58,484 nt of DNA from a virus (lineage: Duplodnaviria; Caudoviricetes), in the IMG/VR virus record IMGVR_UViG_3300047380_001405, positions 1 to 58,484 of that record; one strand, given 5' to 3'. The translations under genes and the position numbers were made by a program. The notes beneath the pieces are model-generated. The model saw nothing but the letters and a program-made list of their open reading frames with translations. It was not told where the DNA came from and ran no database searches. This document shows positions 38,830-46,461 of this stretch, one piece after another; position 1 is the first letter of the stretch; each line of letters starts with the position of its first letter.

Positions 38830-39732
38830 ATGAAAACTCTTGTAAACACACACATGAACCATGTAAACAATGACGAAGTAAATGCTATACTAGACCAATT
38901 CGGTTTGAACTGGAAAGTAGAGAAACGTCCATTGTTTTTTCAGGCAACAGAATCAATTGATGTCCCAACAGACTATTTTGGTGTAATCAGAACTGATAAC
39001 AATGATTGTTTTGGTGCTATGACTAATCAATATGAGCCATTTCAAAACTCTGAGTTAGCTGAATTAGTACTAAATATATCTGATGTTATCGATAAGCCTG
39101 TAACACATGGTAAAGTGTTCAAAGGAGGTCGTAGAGTTGCTATGCAAATTGAGTTAGAACCAATCAAGGTTGGTTTTGACACAATCAAACGCTATGCTAC
39201 TGCAATTAATTCTCATGATGGTTCAACGTCATTAAGATGGGGAACTACAGGATACACAGTATCGTGTGACAATCAATTCAGTGCATTACGTAAGGACTTG
39301 CAAAGCAGTGCTAAACACACAGGTAATATGAGACAATTGATTGATAACTCATTCAGGACTCTCGAAAGACTTGAAAAAGCAGACACGACCTTGTATGATA
39401 CGTTTAGAAAAATGACTGAAGTCCCAGTGACAACAGACTTTGTTAATGACGTTATCAAGAAAATCAGCAAAGTTGATTTGAAGACACCTACACGTGAAGC
39501 ACAAAAGTTGTATAGTACTAGAGCAATCAACAAAAGCCAAGACTTATTCTTGTCTACTGCAAAGGAGATGAGTTACAAAGGTCAGACGCTATGGGGATTA
39601 TTCTCAGGTATTACACACTACACTACACACAAAGGTGGTTCAGATAGAACTAGAGAGGAATCAAAGTTAATTGGTGGATTGCAAAAAATCGACCAAACAA
39701 TCTTTGACCAATTCTCTGAACTAGTTTCTTAA
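38830..39732 (+). CDS. DUF932/DUF945-family protein
   Basis: GLNWKVEK.PL, YEPFQN, NSHDGS.S, CDNQ, TLWGLF.GIT.Y..H motifs. Confidence 0.8.
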   Translation: MKTLVNTHMNHVNNDEVNAILDQFGLNWKVEKRPLFFQATESIDVPTDYFGVIRTDNNDCFGAMTNQYEPFQNSELAELVLNISDVIDKPVTHGKVFKGGRRVAMQIELEPIKVGFDTIKRYATAINSHDGSTSLRWGTTGYTVSCDNQFSALRKDLQSSAKHTGNMRQLIDNSFRTLERLEKADTTLYDTFRKMTEVPVTTDFVNDVIKKISKVDLKTPTREAQKLYSTRAINKSQDLFLSTAKEMSYKGQTLWGLFSGITHYTTHKGGSDRTREESKLIGGLQKIDQTIFDQFSELVS

Positions 39733-39789
39733 TTAATCGGGGGGTAGCAATACCCCCTACGTCATATACTAATCTTAATTTAAAACAAA

Positions 39790-39957
39790 ATGAAAGCAAA
39801 TTGGAAAGACAATTTTGAGAGCCTATACAATGACATTGTAGGTGTTGTTACAGTAGATGGCGAAGAGATGACAGATGGAGAGTGTGTTGATGCCTTATTT
39901 AGTGTATTAAAAAAGTATCGAGGCAAATCAGACGAACAGACAGAAGTAAAATTTTAA
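39790..39957 (+). CDS. Early hypothetical protein (55 aa)
   Basis: MKANWKDNFESLYNDIVGVVTVDGEEMTDGECVDALF...; translated by hand; 26 nt after the predicted cut in repeat 5. Confidence 0.6.
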   Translation: MKANWKDNFESLYNDIVGVVTVDGEEMTDGECVDALFSVLKKYRGKSDEQTEVKF

Positions 39958-39972
39958 CTTAAATTAAATAAA

Positions 39973-40128
39973 ATGAAACGTAAAATAGTTTTTATACAAT
40001 ACAATGTTTGGAATGATAAATATCAGATCGTAGATAGTTGGTTTCCACCGAAAAAAATAATAAAGGAATTCAAATATCATGCGAGTGCTATTAAATACAA
40101 ATCCAAATACAATCAGGGGCTAATTTAA
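39973..40128 (+). CDS. Early hypothetical protein (51 aa)
   Basis: MKRKIVFIQYNVWNDKYQIVDSW...; translated by hand; AT-rich start context. Confidence 0.5.
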   Translation: MKRKIVFIQYNVWNDKYQIVDSWFPPKKIIKEFKYHASAIKYKSKYNQGLI

Positions 40129-40164
40129 GCCCCTACGTCATATACTAATCTTAATTAAAATCAT

Positions 40165-40599
40165 ATGAAAATTGATTACATCAAGTATGAAAAATCTCAT
40201 GGTGGTAGAGAAAACTATTTTCCTGTAGGTAGGAAAAAAGACTTAGTTGGTGATTGTGCTATTAGGGCAATCGCATTGGCACTAGAGATGGATTATATGC
40301 AAGTGCTGAGAGAACTCATGAATTTAGCAGTTGAAAAATTTGGTATACCATATGCTAACAGTCAACGAGTTTATGAGGATTACTTAAACAGTAAAGGATG
40401 GGTGAAAAAACCCCTGAAAGAAGGTAAAACGTGGAAACCTTTATACAAACACAAGCGTAGATTAGAACAGAACAAAAACTATATATTCTATGTTAGAGTT
40501 GGTTATCAAACACATCTTACTTCTGTAGTAAAAGGAATCAATAAAGATACATGGCTATGTCAAGATAGAATGGCGTATGCTATGTACGATAAACCTTAA
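40165..40599 (+). CDS. Early protein of the DC.IRA family
   Basis: GDCAIRAIALA...HLTSV..G...DTW; possible Cys-His-Asp triad. Confidence 0.6.
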   Translation: MKIDYIKYEKSHGGRENYFPVGRKKDLVGDCAIRAIALALEMDYMQVLRELMNLAVEKFGIPYANSQRVYEDYLNSKGWVKKPLKEGKTWKPLYKHKRRLEQNKNYIFYVRVGYQTHLTSVVKGINKDTWLCQDRMAYAMYDKP

Positions 40600-40665
40600 T
40601 TTAAATCGAGGGGTGTATTAACATCCCTCACGTCATATACTAATCTTAAATTAAATATAAATATT

Positions 40666-41187
40666 ATGAATGCAATAGAATTAATTAAAAAAGAGATTCG
40701 AATATTCGAATCAAAAGTGACTGCTAGGGAATTAGCTGAGGCAATCAAGATGGTTACAGTAGACCTCATAGATGAACTCGCAGAACTATATGAACACGAT
40801 GATGAAGACCAAATTGAATTAGTTAATGGCTTTGTGCTACACCAGTCATCAGAAGATGGTGGCGGGTGTGTGGATATTGTCCACGAAGAGGATTGGTTTA
40901 ATGTCATTAACTGTTCTATATCAGAAGACACTCAAAGTGTTTGTTTTGACCCTGTCGAAAAGTCAGAAGTCATCACAGAGGCTATTAAAATAGCGAACAG
41001 AAAGACTTTTATCTTAAAACAAACAGTATCATATGAAGTGAAACTAGAAGTGGAGGATGAAAGTGTGGAAGATGTTATTGCAAAAGCAGAAAATGGAGAG
41101 TTTGATGAAGATTTATGTTACCTTGAAACTGAGTTTAAAGCAATAGATTCAAGAGAGTATGAATTTTCTGCTAGTGAAAAAGAATAA
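40666..41187 (+). CDS. Early highly acidic protein
   Basis: 173 aa, very Asp/Glu rich; unit 7. Confidence 0.6.
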   Translation: MNAIELIKKEIRIFESKVTARELAEAIKMVTVDLIDELAELYEHDDEDQIELVNGFVLHQSSEDGGGCVDIVHEEDWFNVINCSISEDTQSVCFDPVEKSEVITEAIKIANRKTFILKQTVSYEVKLEVEDESVEDVIAKAENGEFDEDLCYLETEFKAIDSREYEFSASEKE

Positions 41188-41242
41188 TTTAAAAGGGGAC
41201 TTCGTGTCCCCTACGTCATATACTAATCTTAAATTAAATAAA

Positions 41243-41476
41243 ATGGAAATTAATTTAACACCACAGGACGTGGTAAAAATGTCTGAGAACAAGGTTAATG
41301 AATGCTTTGATATATTCAAAGAGCCATTAAACTTAGAGGAGGCAAGTAGCCTTATTAATGCAATTCTTCCGCAATTAGAACAGGTAATATCTGACACGTT
41401 GCAGGAGCAGATTTATGATGACCTCATGGATAAGAATGGAGGTCATGATTGGATTGACGAAAAGCTGTCGAAATGA
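41243..41476 (+). CDS. Early hypothetical protein
   Basis: Start reassigned to ATG 41243 (MEINLTPQ), after repeat 8. Confidence 0.6.
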   Translation: MEINLTPQDVVKMSENKVNECFDIFKEPLNLEEASSLINAILPQLEQVISDTLQEQIYDDLMDKNGGHDWIDEKLSK

Positions 41477-41670
41477 CAATACTAGATATGCAACGGCTAG
41501 GAAATTCAGGGGAGGAAATTGTTTCTCTCCTGAATGATATAATTCATAGTGTTAAAAACAAAAAGTCTATAGACGGCTACAAGTTTGAAAACAATAATGA
41601 AAGGATAGAGCATATAGAAGAAACTACTTCTATGATTCTTCAACAATTATGTAATTTAAAATTAAAATAA
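41473..41670 (+). CDS. Hypothetical protein
   Basis: ATGA-coupled 65-aa ORF. Confidence 0.55.
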   Translation: MTILDMQRLGNSGEEIVSLLNDIIHSVKNKKSIDGYKFENNNERIEHIEETTSMILQQLCNLKLK

Positions 41671-41671
41671 T

Positions 41672-41902
41672 ATGAATAAACTAGAAACAATTAAAGGATA
41701 CTACGCTAAGAAAGATAACCTCTACCTGTCCTATAAAAACACATGGACGAAGGATATTAGAAAAGCAGTACTGTTTGATCATAAAGAATCAGCAGGAGAT
41801 TCAATTGCAAGACGACCCTCTGGAAGAGTCGTAGTGTCTATTGATGTAAATCATGTTGTTGATAAGAGAACAGAGTATGAAAACATCGAAACAGATGTTT
41901 AA
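41672..41902 (+). CDS. Hypothetical protein
   Basis: 76-aa ORF ending just before the hairpin and ribozyme. Confidence 0.55.
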   Translation: MNKLETIKGYYAKKDNLYLSYKNTWTKDIRKAVLFDHKESAGDSIARRPSGRVVVSIDVNHVVDKRTEYENIETDV

Positions 41903-41933
41903 ACCCAACAATTATGGGAGGAGCAATCCTCCC

Positions 41934-41984
41934 TCTGTCGATAGGTGTGTGCCTATCCTGATGAGTCCGAAAGGACGAAACAGA
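41934..41984 (+). ncRNA. Type III hammerhead ribozyme
   Basis: UCUG-UC^ (cut after 41939), stem I GAUAGG-UGUGUG-CCUAUC, core CUGAUGA 41958-41964, stem II GUCC-GAAA-GGAC, then GAAA-CAGA; all core nucleotides canonical. Confidence 0.95.
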
Positions 41985-42009
41985 ATTATTAATTAAACAA
42001 TAAACAATT

Positions 42010-42267
42010 ATGAGATATCCACCTTATGAAACAAACCCATTCGTAGATGTATGGGACAATTCAGTATCAGATACTGCCCACGAAATCAGCAAAGATTTAA
42101 TGGAAATGATAGAAGAAAAAGTAAGAGAACACGTTGAGGAGTATTTCGATATTCCTCCACAGTGGAGAGATGAAGTCAAAGAACACGAAGATGACTTCAT
42201 TGAAGATGTAATAACTGAAGTAATGAGTAAAATTAAAAAAGATGATGATAAGAGAATCACAAGCTGA
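42010..42267 (+). CDS. Early acidic hypothetical protein
   Basis: 85-aa acidic ORF after the ribozyme. Confidence 0.6.
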   Translation: MRYPPYETNPFVDVWDNSVSDTAHEISKDLMEMIEEKVREHVEEYFDIPPQWRDEVKEHEDDFIEDVITEVMSKIKKDDDKRITS

Positions 42268-42502
42268 AGATTTAGCTCTAATAACATGTGTTATTATTAA
42301 AGAAGAGTTAATTGGTGGCACGGTATGGCAAGACTTTACAATTGCCTATGAACTTGCTAAAGAATTTCAAAAGGTATATCCCGCTGACCATGATTGGCAA
42401 GACGAGGATGTTGATTTTGAATCCGCCATTGTAATGTTTGTTAAAATACATAGAGTCAATGCGTTACAAAATAAATTTGGAAATTATAAACAAAGTTATT
42501 AA
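42242..42502 (+). CDS. Hypothetical protein
   Basis: 86-aa ORF overlapping the previous gene. Confidence 0.55.
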   Translation: MMIRESQAEDLALITCVIIKEELIGGTVWQDFTIAYELAKEFQKVYPADHDWQDEDVDFESAIVMFVKIHRVNALQNKFGNYKQSY

Positions 42503-42512
42503 CTTGCAAACA

Positions 42513-42552
42513 AAATAGGGGAAGCCGAAAACCTTACAGAGTAGGCGTATTT
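42513..42552 (+). ncRNA. Small pseudoknotted RNA motif, RAGATH-18-like
   Basis: AAAUA-GGGG-AA-GCC-GAAAA-CCUU-ACAGAGUA-GGC-G-UAUUU: GGGG/CCUU and GCC/GGC cross-pairing; family assignment is from memory of the consensus. Confidence 0.45.
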
Positions 42553-42565
42553 AAATTTTAATATA

Positions 42566-42892
42566 ATGAAAACAAAACGAAAAATGAAAAGAAACGTTAA
42601 GTACTATCACACTAGACTGTCACAAGACAAGATACATTTTATTAAGAATCTTGGAACTAATGATACGGCAAAGATTTCTAGAGAATTTGAAAAGAAATAT
42701 GGAGCCCCTCTTAGAGAGTCAACGATTATTAATACGCTCAAAAGAAAAGTGGCTAAGGTTGAGAACAACAATAGCAATCAAACAAAAAGAGTGGAGATTG
42801 TTGCAAAATACGATGGTATGGAGTACAAATTGAAGCACTTTTCTAACAAATTAATCATTGATATGGTTTTACAAAACCTAAATAATGATTAA
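42566..42892 (+). CDS. Basic hypothetical protein, possible HTH
   Basis: TAKISREFEKKYG..LRESTI. Confidence 0.5.
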   Translation: MKTKRKMKRNVKYYHTRLSQDKIHFIKNLGTNDTAKISREFEKKYGAPLRESTIINTLKRKVAKVENNNSNQTKRVEIVAKYDGMEYKLKHFSNKLIIDMVLQNLNND

Positions 42893-43052
42893 CGTTGTTA
42901 ATCTTGACACGGGCATATCCGTCATTTCTGTAAAAGGAAGTGACGGAAAAGTCCACATCAAAGTATTAGACAAAAACAAGACTTATAAGTTTAATGTTTG
43001 GTGGTCAAAAACCAAAGATTCACTATCATCAATAGGTATCAAAACGATTTAA
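42885..43052 (+). CDS. Hypothetical protein (55 aa)
   Basis: MINVVNLDTGISVISVKGSDGKVHIKV...; translated by hand. Confidence 0.5.
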   Translation: MINVVNLDTGISVISVKGSDGKVHIKVLDKNKTYKFNVWWSKTKDSLSSIGIKTI

Positions 43053-43053
43053 A

Positions 43054-43290
43054 ATGGAAAGAACAAAAGATTTATTGCCAGAAAACTGGTACGAACATCA
43101 AGAGCAAATGAACCTTCATTGGATGGAAGAAGAATATTTTGGTAAATTAGCCGAGCAAAACAGAAAGAAAAATCCATATGATAAATTTCAAAAGCAAAAA
43201 AAGAAAGCACATATCAAAGGTCAGAGACCACATGATATCGCTACACAACAAAGCAGTAAAACTAAACAACGGATGCCACCTATTGAATGA
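43054..43290 (+). CDS. Hypothetical protein
   Basis: Good start context; 3' half overlaps 43178-43381. Confidence 0.45.
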   Translation: MERTKDLLPENWYEHQEQMNLHWMEEEYFGKLAEQNRKKNPYDKFQKQKKKAHIKGQRPHDIATQQSSKTKQRMPPIE

Positions 43291-43381
43291 GGAGGAGTTT
43301 GAGGAGCTTAGTAAAAAGCTCAAATCTATTTCATTAAGGAAATATCAACTAAGAAAGTATTTAAATCTATTATTATTTTAA
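43178..43381 (+). CDS. Hypothetical protein
   Basis: 67-aa basic ORF ending 3 nt before the next start. Confidence 0.4.
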   Translation: MINFKSKKRKHISKVRDHMISLHNKAVKLNNGCHLLNEEEFEELSKKLKSISLRKYQLRKYLNLLLF

Positions 43382-43384
43382 CTC

Positions 43385-43627
43385 ATGCAGAAAACATTTA
43401 AAGAAACACAAGGCGAGTGGGCTTTAGAGAAATACAAAGCCCTTAGAACGCAGCACAAGGGCTTGAAAAGCCTTTACGAGAAAACCAGGCTCAGATGTAA
43501 TAAACTTCAAGCGCAAAAATCTTATGACGAAAACATAATAAAAGAATATTTGGAAATCATCGAGGGCTACAAAGAGACGGTTCAAAACTTAATTAAAGAG
43601 ATAGACAAGGTAAATGAAAGAGTCTAG
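43385..43627 (+). CDS. Coiled-coil hypothetical protein
   Basis: 80-aa helical ORF. Confidence 0.5.
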   Translation: MQKTFKETQGEWALEKYKALRTQHKGLKSLYEKTRLRCNKLQAQKSYDENIIKEYLEIIEGYKETVQNLIKEIDKVNERV

Positions 43628-44042
43628 AGAATATATGCTACACGTTCTGTGGAGGACAATGAATCCAATTGATAAAATCGTTTTTATAGATAAAACAGAA
43701 CAATATTTTCTTCCTAGACTAAAGTTTGAAAAGTCTAAAGGTGGTGATCTAGAGATTTATTCTACAACATCAGATATTTATTACCCTATAGAAGAGTCGC
43801 TTGTGGCTTTTGCATACGAAAATACCTTGAGGGCTCTTTCAGACTCACTGTGTTATTCTAATGAGGTAGATAAGACAGAAAGCCTTTGTCTTAAGAAGGA
43901 CTTGGTTCCTGAACACGTCTTGTTGAAACATCAACAGAGGCTAGAATTATTTAAATCAAAAACAAATATACACGTAAATCAAATCAAAGAAAATTATGGC
44001 AACAAACAGAGAGAAGATAGCGAAGCTATACAAGAAGTATGA
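43614..44042 (+). CDS. Hypothetical protein
   Basis: 142-aa ORF. Confidence 0.5.
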   Translation: MKESREYMLHVLWRTMNPIDKIVFIDKTEQYFLPRLKFEKSKGGDLEIYSTTSDIYYPIEESLVAFAYENTLRALSDSLCYSNEVDKTESLCLKKDLVPEHVLLKHQQRLELFKSKTNIHVNQIKENYGNKQREDSEAIQEV

Positions 44043-44385
44043 CCTCACCCCAGATGAGGTATTTAAACACCAACACTACACGATTATAACTCGTGCAGGC
44101 ATCGATAAGATACAAGGTGTAGAGAAAATCAATATACATTTCGATGTTATTGAATGTAAACCAGAGTTTGCAGTTGTGAAGGCGAATGCTGAAAAGCAAG
44201 ACACCACAATACAGACCTTTGGTTCTGCCCTCAAGGGAGACTATAAGAGTGGTAACTGTAACACATGGTATGTTATGGAGATGGCAGAGAAACGAGCAAT
44301 GTCTCGTGCTGTATTAAAGCTAACAGGATTCTATGAACTAGGAGTTTTTGGGGAAGACGAATCTGAGGACTTTAAAAGAAAATAG
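43996..44385 (+). CDS. Putative single-strand annealing protein
   Basis: IITRAGI.KI...MAEKRAMSRAVLKLTG...EDE motif; next to exonuclease and SSB. Confidence 0.55.
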   Translation: MATNREKIAKLYKKYDLTPDEVFKHQHYTIITRAGIDKIQGVEKINIHFDVIECKPEFAVVKANAEKQDTTIQTFGSALKGDYKSGNCNTWYVMEMAEKRAMSRAVLKLTGFYELGVFGEDESEDFKRK

Positions 44386-44387
44386 CC

Positions 44388-44864
44388 ATGAGATATAATC
44401 AAAACGAAAAGAAAGCTTTCGAAAAAGGCTACAGAATAACTGATGAAGGAAAAGTAACTGGGCTGAAGGGTGAGACGGTTGGTTTTACGCAAACAAACGG
44501 ATACCCTACTTTTAAAATTAGGGGTGTTGAAAATAAAAACCTTAACGTGTCTTCACACAGACTACAAGCGTATCAAAAATACGGTGAAAAAATATATGAA
44601 GACGGCATTGTTGTAAGGCACTTAGATGGTGATAAACATAACAACTCAAAGGATAATGTAAGCATAGGAACCTACAGCGACAACTACATGGATCAACCAG
44701 AACACATTAGGGTTTCTAGGGCTAAACACGCATCAAGTTTTATTAGAAAATATGATAAAGAGGAGGTGAGAAAATATCATGAGGAACATGGTTCGTATTC
44801 AAAAACTATGGAAAAATTTAGCATTTCAAGTAAAGGAACTCTACACCACATATTAAATAAATAA
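44388..44864 (+). CDS. HNH homing endonuclease
   Basis: HRLQA...VVRHLDGDKHNN...N...GT..DN, plus a C-terminal HTH. Confidence 0.8.
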   Translation: MRYNQNEKKAFEKGYRITDEGKVTGLKGETVGFTQTNGYPTFKIRGVENKNLNVSSHRLQAYQKYGEKIYEDGIVVRHLDGDKHNNSKDNVSIGTYSDNYMDQPEHIRVSRAKHASSFIRKYDKEEVRKYHEEHGSYSKTMEKFSISSKGTLHHILNK

Positions 44865-44868
44865 AGAT

Positions 44869-45555
44869 ATGAGCAAAATTTCATTTGATAAATACTTATT
44901 TAGGTGCTCATCTTTAGGGAAGCTGATGACGTACCCCAACAAGGATACGTTGTCGGCTGGACCAAAGACGTTCTTAGGTCAAATATTTAAAGAGGAGCTC
45001 TTCGGTAAGACTGGAGAAATAAAGTCAAAATATTTAGATAAAGGACTGTTGGTGGAGGAAGAATCAATAAATCTTTACAACACTGTCCATAAGACAAGCT
45101 ACTCAAAGAATTCTAAAAGATACGACAATAAGCACATAACAGGAGAGCCTGATATATTTTCTGATGTTCTTATAGACATTAAATCTTCATGGGACCACAA
45201 CACTTTTCCGCTTACTAGCGAAAATATTCCTAATAAAGATTATTATTGGCAACTTCAAGGTTATATGGATCTTACAAATAAAGATACGTCTAAGCTAGTA
45301 TATTGCCTTGTGGACACCCCCGATGAAATAATTCATCACGAAATTAAAGTTATAACCTCTAAGTTGGGCGTCATTGATATTCCAGAGGATCTAGAAAATG
45401 ATATATGGGATGGTCTTAAGTTTGCTAAAATAGATGCTAAGCTAAGAATAAAAGAATTTGTGGTTGAAAGAAACCAAGAAGACATAGATGCAATCTATAA
45501 ACGAGTTGAGTTGGCACGAGGCTACCTTGACGATTTAAATCAATTATTAAATTAA
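44869..45555 (+). CDS. YqaJ/lambda-exonuclease-like recombinase nuclease
   Basis: RCSS, G...E, GEPD...DIKSSW, YYWQLQGYM. Confidence 0.8.
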   Translation: MSKISFDKYLFRCSSLGKLMTYPNKDTLSAGPKTFLGQIFKEELFGKTGEIKSKYLDKGLLVEEESINLYNTVHKTSYSKNSKRYDNKHITGEPDIFSDVLIDIKSSWDHNTFPLTSENIPNKDYYWQLQGYMDLTNKDTSKLVYCLVDTPDEIIHHEIKVITSKLGVIDIPEDLENDIWDGLKFAKIDAKLRIKEFVVERNQEDIDAIYKRVELARGYLDDLNQLLN

Positions 45556-45558
45556 AAA

Positions 45559-45912
45559 ATGGAAATTACAGGTAAAATTAAAGTTATTAATGAGACAAAA
45601 AGTTACGGAGACAAAGGATTTCGTAAGAGAGAGGTTGTAATAACAACTGAAGGAAACTACCCACAACCTATATTGGTTGAATTTGTTCAAGACAAATGTG
45701 ATATCATTAATGGATACAGCGTTGGTGATGACGTCAAAATTGGCATTAATTTAAAAGGTAGAGAGTGGGTCAGTCCGCAAAAAGAAACTAAATATTTTAA
45801 TTCTGTTGAGGGCTGGAGGATTGAAAAGTCTGATGGAGAAGGAAACCAGTCTACTCAACAAACAAAATCAGCTGAACCACAAGCTGTAACACAAGACGAC
45901 TTGCCTTTCTAG
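45559..45912 (+). CDS. DUF3127 single-stranded DNA-binding protein
   Basis: MEITGKI...FRKRE.V...YPQ.I..EF.QDK...GREW...YFNS..GWRI, acidic tail DDLPF. Confidence 0.85.
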   Translation: MEITGKIKVINETKSYGDKGFRKREVVITTEGNYPQPILVEFVQDKCDIINGYSVGDDVKIGINLKGREWVSPQKETKYFNSVEGWRIEKSDGEGNQSTQQTKSAEPQAVTQDDLPF

Positions 45913-45993
45913 TTTGGTTTAGTATATAACACTTGGCAACTAAGGGGGGCATTGCAAGTCTGCCCCCTGTCAAGTAAATTAAAATAAAATTTA

Positions 45994-46461
45994 ATGATTA
46001 AATATAAAGTAGAAGAGACAAGAAAAATTGAAATTCTTATTGATTTAGTAACCAATCAAACAGGTGTAGACATATTAAGAATTCCAAAAAAAAGATACAG
46101 AAGCCTAACAGACTCAAGAGCAATCTTTATGTATCTAGCTAGGAAAAACACAAAATATTCTTTAGCAGATATTGGTCTTGTTTTTAAAACATCAGATTAT
46201 AGAGGAAAAGATCACGCTACTGTGCTACACCAGTTTAAGAAAATAAAAAACTTTTTAGATGTTAAAGACCCTCAAGTAGTTAATTTAATAGCAAAATGTG
46301 ATAAGCTTTTTGAACAAAAGTGTATTGATGAATCAATAAAAATAGAAGGCGAAAAAAAACTCGCTAGGAATTTGGTAAAAACAGAAATTAAATACAGGGC
46401 ATATTGTCTTCACTCAAGAATAACTATGAGAGGAAAGCTTAATGATAGGATTTATGCTTGA
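45994..46461 (+). CDS. DnaA C-terminal (domain IV)-like DNA-binding protein
   Basis: R.IFMYLAR..T.YSL.DIG..F...DHATVLH signature. Confidence 0.8.
   Translation: MIKYKVEETRKIEILIDLVTNQTGVDILRIPKKRYRSLTDSRAIFMYLARKNTKYSLADIGLVFKTSDYRGKDHATVLHQFKKIKNFLDVKDPQVVNLIAKCDKLFEQKCIDESIKIEGEKKLARNLVKTEIKYRAYCLHSRITMRGKLNDRIYA

Larger units (their letters stand above)
37828..41232 (+). repeat. Eight identical 20-nt intergenic repeats ACGTCATATACTAATCTTAA, each after a hairpin (putative hammerhead substrate sites)
   Basis: Copies start at 37828, 38231, 38484, 38794, 39759, 40135, 40630 and 41213. Confidence 0.95.

Noticed and set aside
38212-41212. Hairpins before the repeats as intrinsic terminators
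   Set aside because: None is followed by a U-tract; each is followed within a few nt by ACGUC.
37828-41232. Repeats as a CRISPR array or integron attC sites
   Set aside because: Intervals are 250-970 nt and contain whole genes; there is no cas gene or integrase; the repeat is not palindromic.
37828-41232. Repeats as phage promoters (TATACT -10 box or N4-like hairpin promoters)
   Set aside because: Not excluded but disfavoured. Other promoters here are TAnnTTTG type, no RNA polymerase is evident, hairpins use G-U pairs, and the repeat is exactly complementary to the hammerhead arms.
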